The notes below the pieces were generated by a model. The model was given only the letters and a program-made list of their open reading frames with translations, searched no databases and had not been told where the DNA came from. Below, in pieces: positions 19,458 to 28,135 of a DNA stretch of 64,000 nucleotides. How positions within the stretch are numbered: position 1 is the first letter of the stretch; the number at the start of each line of letters is the position of its first letter. A program made the position numbers and the translations under genes. Source of the stretch: Bacilli bacterium (lineage in GTDB: Bacteria; Bacillota_I; Bacilli_A; RFN20; CAG-288); assembly GCA_017470005.1 (NCBI GenBank), contig JAFUFH010000037.1, positions 26,978 to 90,977 of the forward strand, in the 5' to 3' direction.

Positions 19458-20189
19458 ATGAAAAAGATATTGGTTTCTGATTTTGATAACACATTACTTT
19501 TTGACCATCATTTTAAAGAAGAAGACATCCAAGCGATTCACTCTTTCCAGAAGGATGGGAATCTTTTTGCTGTGTGCACGGGAAGATCTTATGAAGGAAT
19601 CCGCGTTCCTTCAAAAGGTTATATCGATTATGACTATTACATTCTTGCCACAGGTTCTTATATTTTAGATCGGAAAGCAAACGTTGTTTTCCAAAGCCCA
19701 TTAAGACAAGAAGATATCGCTCATTTTGAAGAGAAATACCGTAATCGTTATCTGATGGCATATAACACTGGCAATCAATACTACGCCGAAGATATCTATT
19801 ATCAGAAAACTTTTGGAGCCGCAGATATCATAACAATGACAGGAAGTCTGATGTCCTTAGCGATTCTTTGTGAAAACACGCAACAAGCTCAATTAGAAGA
19901 AGAAATCATCGAGAAAGAATTCCCAAATCTCAAAGGATTTGTGAACAAAATCTTCATCGATGTCGTCAACAAAGAGTGTTCCAAAGGCTCCGCCCTTTCC
20001 TATTTAAAACAACGTTATCCCGACTCAAAAATATATGGAATCGGTGACTCCTATAACGATTTATCCTTATTAGAAGCAAGTGATATCTCCTTCACTTTCT
20101 CCTCCTCCCCAGAAGACATCCAAAACCAGGTAGATCATGTCGTTAATAGCGTTGCCCAAGCGATTGAAATCATTCGAAAAGATTGCTGA
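19458..20189 (+). CDS. HAD-superfamily Cof-type phosphatase
   Basis: N-terminal DFDNTLL (the DxD motif), CTGRS and GDSYNDLSLL. Confidence 0.8.
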   Translation: MKKILVSDFDNTLLFDHHFKEEDIQAIHSFQKDGNLFAVCTGRSYEGIRVPSKGYIDYDYYILATGSYILDRKANVVFQSPLRQEDIAHFEEKYRNRYLMAYNTGNQYYAEDIYYQKTFGAADIITMTGSLMSLAILCENTQQAQLEEEIIEKEFPNLKGFVNKIFIDVVNKECSKGSALSYLKQRYPDSKIYGIGDSYNDLSLLEASDISFTFSSSPEDIQNQVDHVVNSVAQAIEIIRKDC

Positions 20190-20219
20190 TGATTAATCAA
20201 CATTTGGATTAAAATAGAA

Positions 20220-20249
20220 AAGTTGGTTTTAGAATAAACCAACTTTTTC
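20220..20249. terminator. Bidirectional terminator between the HAD phosphatase gene and the alpha-galactosidase gene
   Basis: AAGTTGGTTT-TAGAAT-AAACCAACTT flanked by A-runs and T-runs. Confidence 0.7.
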
Positions 20250-20253
20250 TTTT

Positions 20254-22560
20254 CTATTTTTTTCGGATATAATACATTCTAGAACCGAAGTCACCGAGCA
20301 TTCTCACTCTCTCATCATAGCCAACACCTGACCATTCTTGAGCAAGGGTAGCACCGACCGTTCTGAAGGCGGCGCCAGAGAGTGTTCCACTGTCTTCTTC
20401 AGAATACATTTCAAGGTATTTCGAGATGATAGGAAGCAGTCTTCCATCTGGATTGATATGAATGGGAGATACCATGTTGACCAGGTTTCCAAATCTCTTT
20501 AAGGCAATACTTTCTTTTCTTGTCTTGAATTCATATTGAGCATCATCTTCTAATCCATAAACGATGAGATGTCCTTCTTTGGGATTGGGTTTACCAATCA
20601 GAATGAATTGAGAGACAATCGCTTCATTTTCGCCTAAGAACTCAATCATTTTATGATCGGAATCAATGATGGTTCTATCTTGAATCACCTTACCCCATTG
20701 GAATAATTCTCGATGTTCTTTATAGTAATCAATCTGTTTGATCAAAACGTTAGGGTCTTTTCTTCCGATGACATCATTCAAATCTAATTCATAGCCTAAA
20801 ACACCTAAAGCGGCGATGTTAAACTTCGTGTCATAAGAAGTGTAACGAAGCAATTGGTTACTTGTTTTTGCAGCCACGTGATTCGACATGACAGAAGGAG
20901 GATAGAATAACAAACCGCCTTCTTGAATCAACAATCTTTGATAAGAGTCTGTATCATCACTCATCCAAGATTGAGGGAAGTAAGATAACATTCCTAAATC
21001 AAAACGATTTCCGCCTGAGGCACAGTTTTCAAACAATACGTTAGGGAATTCTTTGATTAGACGTTCTAATACCGAATATAAGCCTCTACAATAATCATAG
21101 AAGAAGGTTCCATTACGATTATCGTAATCGCTGATACAACGGTTGCAATCCCATTTTAGATAGGAGATTTCCGCACTTCTTAAGGTCTTAGCCACAGATT
21201 CATAGACAAATTCTTGAACCTCTTTCTTGGTGAGATCTAAGACGTATTGATGTCTTCCCTTGCTTGGTTTATGGAATTTCTCATGAATGATCCAGTCGGG
21301 ATGATCTCGATATAATTTCGTATCATCATTGACCATCTCTGGTTCCATCCAGATACCGAATTTCATTCCGTATTTCTTTGCCCTTTGAGCTAAAGCGGAT
21401 AATCCACCCGGCAATTTCTTTTCGTTGACTTCCCAGTCTCCTAATCCATGACTGTCATCATTTCTTGTAGAGAACCATCCGTCATCTAACACAAATAATT
21501 CCATGCCAAACTTGGCTGCAACTTTCATCAAAGAGAAGATTTTTCTCTTGTTGAACTTGAAGTTTGTAGCCTCCCAATTGTTGTAGGCGATGGGTCTTGC
21601 CATGTGATTCCATTGGGACGGGATGACATGGCTATTGACGAAAAAATGGAACTGTTCTCCTAACCCGTTTAACCCTTCGCTAGAATAGGTCATCACGGCC
21701 ATCGGAGTAGTGAATTTTTCTTCTTTTTGTAATACTTTACGGAAAGCGGTAGAAGAGATACCGACTTGAACTCTCACATTCTCAAAAGAGTCCATTTCAA
21801 TGCTATCTTCAAAGTTAGAAGAATAGACTAAGTTGAAACCATAAACATTTCCGTAATGGAAGTTTGCTCCAGAAGCTACTAACGCAAAAGCAGGATTGTG
21901 TCTTGCGGAGGAATAACCCACCAAAGATTCAATCACTTGTCTTCCACGAAGAAGAGGTGTCTTTTGAATCTGTAATTCGGAGATCCAATTTCCATAAGTA
22001 GACCACAACTGGAAGTCTTCGTTGATCAAAGGGAGTTGAAGAGACATCACTTTAGTGATGGTTAAAGCCTTTTCGTTCTTGTTGATTACTTCCACATAAC
22101 TACCGATCGTGTCACTATCTTCAAAAATGACATAATGAAGATCGACAAGAACTTGTAAAGCTTCTTCCTTTAAATGAATGACCACTTCTTGGTCGGCATC
22201 GTGAGGAGTAGGAAGTCCATCGATCTTTTGCGGAGCAATTTCTTCAAATCCTTCCACAACAAAATCAAATAGCGTGCTGTCTTCATTCTCTAAAATCATA
22301 CTAGGGGCGAAGTAATCGCCTTTACCTAAAGTAGAGTAAGCAAGCTTCATGTGATTTAAAGATAAAGGATTCTCTTCATTGTATTGAATCTCAGTACCTT
22401 CTAAATAAGGTCTTTTTCTAGTGAGAGCATCCGCTTCTTCTAAGGAAGCTATCTTCTTTCCATAATACTGACAAGTTAACTTCTTTATTTCATTAACAAA
22501 TAAAAGAAGAGATGTCTTTTTTGTGGATAAAAGAATATAGTGTTCGTTTTTATCTAACAT
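20254..22560 (-). CDS. Alpha-galactosidase, GH36
   Basis: 768 aa. DDGWFSTRNDDSHGLGDW, KWDCNR and CASGGNRFD match GH36 catalytic-region motifs. Confidence 0.9.
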   Translation of the reverse strand: MLDKNEHYILLSTKKTSLLLFVNEIKKLTCQYYGKKIASLEEADALTRKRPYLEGTEIQYNEENPLSLNHMKLAYSTLGKGDYFAPSMILENEDSTLFDFVVEGFEEIAPQKIDGLPTPHDADQEVVIHLKEEALQVLVDLHYVIFEDSDTIGSYVEVINKNEKALTITKVMSLQLPLINEDFQLWSTYGNWISELQIQKTPLLRGRQVIESLVGYSSARHNPAFALVASGANFHYGNVYGFNLVYSSNFEDSIEMDSFENVRVQVGISSTAFRKVLQKEEKFTTPMAVMTYSSEGLNGLGEQFHFFVNSHVIPSQWNHMARPIAYNNWEATNFKFNKRKIFSLMKVAAKFGMELFVLDDGWFSTRNDDSHGLGDWEVNEKKLPGGLSALAQRAKKYGMKFGIWMEPEMVNDDTKLYRDHPDWIIHEKFHKPSKGRHQYVLDLTKKEVQEFVYESVAKTLRSAEISYLKWDCNRCISDYDNRNGTFFYDYCRGLYSVLERLIKEFPNVLFENCASGGNRFDLGMLSYFPQSWMSDDTDSYQRLLIQEGGLLFYPPSVMSNHVAAKTSNQLLRYTSYDTKFNIAALGVLGYELDLNDVIGRKDPNVLIKQIDYYKEHRELFQWGKVIQDRTIIDSDHKMIEFLGENEAIVSQFILIGKPNPKEGHLIVYGLEDDAQYEFKTRKESIALKRFGNLVNMVSPIHINPDGRLLPIISKYLEMYSEEDSGTLSGAAFRTVGATLAQEWSGVGYDERVRMLGDFGSRMYYIRKK

Positions 22561-22610
22561 ATTTAGTCCTCTTTTCCTTATTATATAAGAAAATACACGG
22601 CTTTGGGATA

Positions 22611-22638
22611 AGAAAAGGCTGCAACGAAGTCACAGCCT
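22611..22638 (-). terminator. Hairpin/terminator between the symporter and alpha-galactosidase genes
   Basis: Minus strand AAGGCTG-10 nt-CAGCCTT followed by TTCTTATCCC. The T-tract is weak, so read-through is likely. Confidence 0.45.
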
Positions 22639-22646
22639 TATTTCTT

Positions 22647-24347
22647 TTAAGCAACGATATCGTCTTCGCTCTTGGTTTCAGGAATTTGATCGACAGAGAC
22701 ACCCTCGGCAATCAATTCTGCATCTTTTTCGTGAACTTTATTTAAGTCAGCGACGATTTGAGCTTCTTTTTCTTCTGTGATCTTATAACCGAACTTCAAT
22801 AATAAGAAGCAAGCAGTGAAGACAACGATAATGATACCAATGATGATGACACCAAAGAGAATCAAAGAATTACGTTTAGTAGGATTAAAGACATCATATA
22901 AGTCCTGAATTTCCTTATCGAAGGATTCAGATGTGCCTTTGTAGATATATTCTCCAGTAGAAGGATCATAGATACGATGACCTTCCGCAGTAGAGATACC
23001 ATTCAAGACGACTTGAGTACCAGTGATCATGAAGGTGAGGTTTCTAATACCAGTCTGCACAGCACTACCTAACTTAACATCCAAAGGTCTCCAAGCAAAG
23101 GCAATGGCTTCTTTTCTTTCACCGAACTTCCATTCCTGATAGTCGATAGCGTCTTGGAACATAACGAGTAAAGCAAGATAGAAGATACCAGTAGCAGCAA
23201 AGAAGAAGAAACAGCAGATGTAGACTAAGAAGTGAGTTCCGCCGACAGCGAATCCAATCTGAGCCATCAAGTCTTTTGCGGCATCCCCTTCAGGAACAAT
23301 ATTATAGGCAATAGGGTTATCACTGAAGACAGGGAATCCTAAGAAGAAGAATAAGAGATAAGCGGCCATGATGACGATGAAGCAAATGGTGACAATCTTC
23401 ATCTTGGACATTTTCTTCACCATCATAGGATAGAAGACTTGCGCTATAAGTGTACCTAATACATAAACGACAGACATCATAGTGGCCATCATAGAGGCAG
23501 CTCCATTATAGCCATAAAGTAAATAATAGTAGTTGAGACCAATACCGGTTAACAAACCAGAACCGATATAGTACAAGAACATGACAATAACAATGACTAA
23601 TAATTGTTTATTTCTACCAACGATTTTGAATAAGTCTAAGATACCAGTCTTTTCAGAGACTTCTTCTTGCTTTTCGTCTCTCTGTTTTTCTTTACAGAAG
23701 AAGTAGATAGCAGCTTGAGAAGCTAAGAACAAGATGGCAATGATCACTGCACAAGAACCATAAGCTAATTGGGCACCGATCATAGTAGGGAGTAAGAACA
23801 TCATCATATTCATCACGAAGGCACCGATGGTAGTAGCGATGGTAACATTGGTAGTTAACTTCGCTCTTTCATCAGGATCATTGGTCAAAGAAGGAAGCAT
23901 AGACCAATAACCGATGTCGTTCATGGTGAAGAAGAGATCCCATAAGAAGTAGAAGACAAGCATCAAGGCGACAAAGAGCCAGCCGTCTCCGCCGGGACGA
24001 ATCAAGAACATCAAGGCAACCGCAATAGCGTTACCGATGGCACCGATTAAAATCCACGGTTTATATTTTCCTGCCTTGAAGTGGAATTTCTCTACCAAGA
24101 ATCCCATGATAGGATCATTGATACCATCCCAGACAAGGGCGATCATCATCGCGATAGTGATGACGTGCATCTGTGCCTTATAAGTTTCATAATCTGTGCT
24201 GAGAACACCACTTGTCATGGCATACTGAAGCAAGAATGTACCCACAAGGGCGTAACAGGCATCTCTAAAAATACCAGACCAAGGATAAATTGCCTTAGTT
24301 AAACCAGGTACTTTGTCGCCTGTGAACTGATTCTTTTGTGTCGACAT
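22647..24347 (-). CDS. Glycoside-pentoside-hexuronide (GPH/MelB-like) cation symporter with an extra C-terminal TM and tail
   Basis: 566 aa. 12+ TM with a GPH-like N-terminus (YPWSGIFRDACYALVGTFLLQY, GINDPIMG). Lies upstream of the GH36 gene. Confidence 0.8.
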   Translation of the reverse strand: MSTQKNQFTGDKVPGLTKAIYPWSGIFRDACYALVGTFLLQYAMTSGVLSTDYETYKAQMHVITIAMMIALVWDGINDPIMGFLVEKFHFKAGKYKPWILIGAIGNAIAVALMFLIRPGGDGWLFVALMLVFYFLWDLFFTMNDIGYWSMLPSLTNDPDERAKLTTNVTIATTIGAFVMNMMMFLLPTMIGAQLAYGSCAVIIAILFLASQAAIYFFCKEKQRDEKQEEVSEKTGILDLFKIVGRNKQLLVIVIVMFLYYIGSGLLTGIGLNYYYLLYGYNGAASMMATMMSVVYVLGTLIAQVFYPMMVKKMSKMKIVTICFIVIMAAYLLFFFLGFPVFSDNPIAYNIVPEGDAAKDLMAQIGFAVGGTHFLVYICCFFFFAATGIFYLALLVMFQDAIDYQEWKFGERKEAIAFAWRPLDVKLGSAVQTGIRNLTFMITGTQVVLNGISTAEGHRIYDPSTGEYIYKGTSESFDKEIQDLYDVFNPTKRNSLILFGVIIIGIIIVVFTACFLLLKFGYKITEEKEAQIVADLNKVHEKDAELIAEGVSVDQIPETKSEDDIVA

Positions 24348-24400
24348 AAGACCTCCATTTTCGTTGGAAACTCACTTTTGCTTTTTGGTTTCCTCAATCT

Positions 24401-24418
24401 ATTGTAAGCCTTTACAAT
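24401..24418. promoter_or_regulatory. LacI/CcpA-type palindromic operator candidate upstream of the GPH-GH36 operon
   Basis: ATTGTAA-GCCT-TTACAAT (7-bp perfect arms), 54-71 nt upstream of the symporter ATG. Confidence 0.45.
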
Positions 24419-24537
24419 ACAAATTTCAAATGTTTTCTTAAGTAACTTAAATAACTTATATATAAACGGATATTTTTCCGGTGTCTAAAAACTATGATTT
24501 TCTAATAAACAATTGAAATAAATGTTCGTTTTTTCCG

Positions 24538-24546
24538 TGATATAAT
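24538..24546 (+). promoter_or_regulatory. Extended -10 promoter (TGATATAAT) placing the TSS on the mnmE ATG (leaderless)
   Basis: TGaTATAAT at 24538-24546, then 6 nt (ATCAAT), then ATG at 24553. No Shine-Dalgarno sequence is present. Confidence 0.5.
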
Positions 24547-24552
24547 ATCAAT

Positions 24553-25899
24553 ATGTTAATTTTTGATACCATTTGTGCACTTTCTACCCCGCCTTATAAA
24601 AGTGCCCTAGCCACCATTCGTCTCTCTGGTCCGAAAACCAAAGAAGTTCTTTCTCATATCATCAAAAAAGATGTGAACACCTTAGAGCCAAACAAAGCTT
24701 ATTTTGTCAAAATTTGGAATGACGGAGAAGTTGTAGATGAAGTGGTGATGACTTATTACCAAGGCCCTAAATCCTATACTGGTTTCGATAGCGCGGATTT
24801 TTCCATCCACGGAAACATGTTTATTGTCGAAGATATGTTAGATACTCTCGTCAAATTTGGAGCGAGAAGAAGTGAACGTGGCGAATTCTCCGCTCAAGCT
24901 TACTACAATGGCAAAATGGACCTTCTGAAAGCGGAAGGAATCAACGATTTGATCAACGCAAACAGCAGAAGAGCCAGAAAGATTGCCACGGAGACTCTTT
25001 CAGGACGCAACAGCCAAGTCGTAACTACCTTAAAGAATGAATTGCTCAGCGATCTTTCCAGTCTCGAATACTTCGTGGAAAATTTCTATGATGACGAAGA
25101 TAACGATGATTATGACACTGTTGTAGATAAGGTTTTAACCTCTTTACAAACAAATATTCTTGAACTTTCCAACCTCATTGAAAAGACCAAGAATGCAAAT
25201 AAGCAATATCAGGGTTTTCAAATTGCCATCGCGGGAGAACCTAATGTTGGTAAATCCACCCTTTTAAATGCTCTGTTAAAAGAAGATAAAGCCATTGTCT
25301 CTCCTATTCCCGGCACCACAAGAGATGTTGTGGAAGGAGAAAAAGAAATCGATGGACTTCTTTTCCGTTTTAAAGATACCGCTGGTATTCGTAAAACCGA
25401 TGATTATGTGGAATCTCTTGGTATTGAGAGAAGTTACAAGACCATCTTAGATGCAGATTTGGTCTTGCTTGTTTCTGATTGTGGCTTTAAAGATATGGAC
25501 AACAACCAAGACCTGAAAGAAGCGATTCAAAATAAACCCACCATCAAAGTGGCGACAAAGAGAGATTTAAATCCCAATCATGAAGAAGGAGATCTTTCCA
25601 TTTGCTCTATGAGCGATGATTTAACTCCTTTGATTCGTTTGATCTTATCCAAACTGAATCTTACCGAAAAAGAAGAGAGCCTCTTCTTAGGTAAGAGAGA
25701 AGAAGAATATCTCATCAAGATTCAAGAACAGATGAAGCTTTCCTATGACGCTTTATCGGATACGAGAAATATCGATATTGTTTCAGATACGTTAAGAGTC
25801 GCTATCGCTTATATCAATGATCTGATGGGAAATAGTGAATCTCAAACCATGGAAGATATCTACCAAACTCTTTTCAGCAAATTCTGCTTAGGAAAGTAA
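24553..25899 (+). CDS. mnmE: tRNA modification GTPase MnmE
   Basis: 448 aa. G1 GEPNVGKST, DTAGIR and the C-terminal FCLGK (CxGK) motif. Confidence 0.9.
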   Translation: MLIFDTICALSTPPYKSALATIRLSGPKTKEVLSHIIKKDVNTLEPNKAYFVKIWNDGEVVDEVVMTYYQGPKSYTGFDSADFSIHGNMFIVEDMLDTLVKFGARRSERGEFSAQAYYNGKMDLLKAEGINDLINANSRRARKIATETLSGRNSQVVTTLKNELLSDLSSLEYFVENFYDDEDNDDYDTVVDKVLTSLQTNILELSNLIEKTKNANKQYQGFQIAIAGEPNVGKSTLLNALLKEDKAIVSPIPGTTRDVVEGEKEIDGLLFRFKDTAGIRKTDDYVESLGIERSYKTILDADLVLLVSDCGFKDMDNNQDLKEAIQNKPTIKVATKRDLNPNHEEGDLSICSMSDDLTPLIRLILSKLNLTEKEESLFLGKREEEYLIKIQEQMKLSYDALSDTRNIDIVSDTLRVAIAYINDLMGNSESQTMEDIYQTLFSKFCLGK

Positions 25900-25900
25900 T

Positions 25901-26689
25901 ATGAAGATTATTGATACACACTGTCACTTAAATGACGATGCTTATACTAGCGATTTAGACAAAGTGATTTTGCGTGCAAAAGAAGCGGGTATCACTCATG
26001 TTTTTAACAACGGAGATTCTCTTCCTTCTTTTTCTAAGATTCTCTCTTTGCAAGAAAGATATCCTTCTTTCTGCTTTAGTGTATTAGGAATTCACCCCGA
26101 ATTTGCATCCGAATCTGATACTTATTTTGAAGAAGCTTATCAATTCATTAGAGATCATAAAGATTCTATCTCTGCTATTGGAGAAATCGGATTAGATTAT
26201 CATTATTCTAAAGATCCAGCTTATGTCGAGAATCAAAAAAGAAGATTTATTGAACAAATCAAGCTAGCAAAAGAATTAAATTTACCGATTGTCATTCACA
26301 GTAGAGATGCCGATTATGACACCTTAGAAATCATCAAACAAACTCTTCCTCCTAAACTGGATTTACACTGTTTTTCAGGAAGCTATGAGATTTTAAGACA
26401 ATACCTTCTCCTTCCGATTGAAGTTCACATCGGAATCGGAGGAGTATGTACTTTCAAAAATGCGAGAGTAATCAAAGAAGTAATCGAAAATAGTGATATC
26501 TCTATCTTTTTGACCGAGACAGATTGCCCTTATCTAGCTCCTGTTCCTTATAGAGGGAATAGAAACGAACCCTCTTATTTAAAAAACATCATTGAACAAA
26601 TTGCTACACTCAAAGATCTTACCGTCGAAGAATGTGCTACTATCTTATATGAAAACGGAAGAAAATTTTATGACTTACCCAGAGAATAG
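25901..26689 (+). CDS. tatD: TatD-family metal-dependent DNase/hydrolase
   Basis: IDTHCHL, GEIGLDY, VIHSRDA and TETDCPYL motifs. Confidence 0.9.
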   Translation: MKIIDTHCHLNDDAYTSDLDKVILRAKEAGITHVFNNGDSLPSFSKILSLQERYPSFCFSVLGIHPEFASESDTYFEEAYQFIRDHKDSISAIGEIGLDYHYSKDPAYVENQKRRFIEQIKLAKELNLPIVIHSRDADYDTLEIIKQTLPPKLDLHCFSGSYEILRQYLLLPIEVHIGIGGVCTFKNARVIKEVIENSDISIFLTETDCPYLAPVPYRGNRNEPSYLKNIIEQIATLKDLTVEECATILYENGRKFYDLPRE

Positions 26690-27233
26690 TATCGATAACA
26701 ACAAACGCTATTGTTATGTTGTAGAAGGTGCCACCGATGAATCGAAACTCAAAGCTTTGGGTTGCTATTTTGTGGTGAAAACTGGTGGGAAATTCATTCG
26801 ACCGGATATCATCGCCTTCTTAAAAGAAGTCCATAAAGTAAGGGAAGTCGTCATCATCACCGATCCCGATGGACCTGGAAAAGATATCGAAAGAAGAATC
26901 ATCAACGCTATCGGCCCTTGCCTTTACGCTCACGCCAACAAAAAAGAAGCCATTTATCATGAAAAAGTAGGAATCGCTCAGATGAGTATGGAGTCTTTGA
27001 AAGAACTCTTACGCCCCTTTATTCATCATGACCTTTTTTGTGATGAATTATTATCTTTAGAAGTCGAAGATTTCATTGATTTAGGACTGGTTGGATCTGG
27101 TTCTAAAGAAAAAAGAATGAAATTAGTGGAAAAATATCATATTCCTTATACATCAGGTAAGAATGTTGAAAACGCACTTATGATGTTAGCCAAAGGAAAG
27201 AAAGATATACAGGAGGACTTAGAAAATGACTGA
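26670..27233 (+). CDS. rnmV: Ribonuclease M5 (Toprim)
   Basis: VVEGATDESKLKALG and IITDPDGPGKDIERRI Toprim motifs. I prefer ATG 26670 (20-nt overlap with tatD) over the ORF-track start at 26592. The start remains uncertain. Confidence 0.75.
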   Translation: MTYPENSIDNNKRYCYVVEGATDESKLKALGCYFVVKTGGKFIRPDIIAFLKEVHKVREVVIITDPDGPGKDIERRIINAIGPCLYAHANKKEAIYHEKVGIAQMSMESLKELLRPFIHHDLFCDELLSLEVEDFIDLGLVGSGSKEKRMKLVEKYHIPYTSGKNVENALMMLAKGKKDIQEDLEND

Positions 27234-28041
27234 ACTAGCAAGAATTCAATCTTTGATGAAAGATTATGGTCTCTTTGCCAAGAAATCGTTTGGTCAAAAC
27301 TTCCTCATCAATGAAGGTATCATCAGAAGAATCGTTGAAAAGATGACTCCTCAAGATTTTGATGTGGTCATTGAAATCGGCCCTGGTCTTGCTTCTCTCA
27401 CTCTCCCTTTATCCAAAAAAGCAAAGAAACTAATTGCAGTAGATGCCGATAGAGACATGATTATGGTATTAAACGATTTGTTTAAAGATAGCGAGAATGT
27501 TAGAATCGTATCCTCTGATTTCCTCCGTTTTGATCCAGATCAGTATTCTAAAAAAGAAAGCAGATTATTCATCGGAAACCTTCCTTATAACATCACTTCT
27601 GAGCTATTAGAATACCTATTAGAAAAAGGATTTAAGAGTGCAGGAGTCATGGTGCAAAAGGAAGTCGCAGATAAACTTACTTATGTCAAAGGTAAAAAAG
27701 ACAATTCTCCTTTAGGCGCTTTCATCAAAGCGCAGGGTGAAATTTCTTTAATCAGTGCCGTAGATTCTTCTTCGTTCAACCCCGCCCCTAAAGTGGATAG
27801 TGCCTTTGTTCGTATCGACCACACAAAGGATGTAGATTTTAAACTTTATCCTATCTTTAGAGCCTTATTCAAAGACCCCAATAAGACCACGCTCAATTGT
27901 TTAAAACAATATAAGATTTACGATAATGCCATCGCTTATTTGAAAGAACAAAACGATGAAAGATTATCGTATCGTGCAAGACAATTAGAAGCGGAAGATC
28001 TTTTAGACTTAGCAAGCACAATATTTGATCATAACAAGTAA
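27226..28041 (+). CDS. rsmA: 16S rRNA (adenine1518/1519-N6)-dimethyltransferase
   Basis: FGQNFLINEGII, VIEIGPGLASLT and GNLPYNITS. 8-nt overlap with rnmV. Confidence 0.9.
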   Translation: MTELARIQSLMKDYGLFAKKSFGQNFLINEGIIRRIVEKMTPQDFDVVIEIGPGLASLTLPLSKKAKKLIAVDADRDMIMVLNDLFKDSENVRIVSSDFLRFDPDQYSKKESRLFIGNLPYNITSELLEYLLEKGFKSAGVMVQKEVADKLTYVKGKKDNSPLGAFIKAQGEISLISAVDSSSFNPAPKVDSAFVRIDHTKDVDFKLYPIFRALFKDPNKTTLNCLKQYKIYDNAIAYLKEQNDERLSYRARQLEAEDLLDLASTIFDHNK

Positions 28042-28063
28042 GCGCTTTTCTTTACACTCTATT

Positions 28064-28103
28064 AGGCACTTTTAACATTGATGTTAAAACAGTGCCTTTT
28101 TTT
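28064..28103 (+). terminator. Intrinsic terminator after rsmA
   Basis: AGGCACTTTTAACA-TTGA-TGTTAAAACAGTGCCT followed by TTTTTT. Confidence 0.8.
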
Positions 28104-28135
28104 AGTACAATGTTTTCCGTTTAGGAGCAAAAAAC

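Noticed and set aside
28037-28050. Fifth cre-like site, AGTAAGCGCTTTTC, at the rsmA stop codon, upstream of the M6 lipoprotein gene.
   Set aside because: Only the left half-site is good. It also lies upstream of the rsmA terminator, so it would not be in the promoter of the downstream gene. It is mentioned only as a weak candidate.
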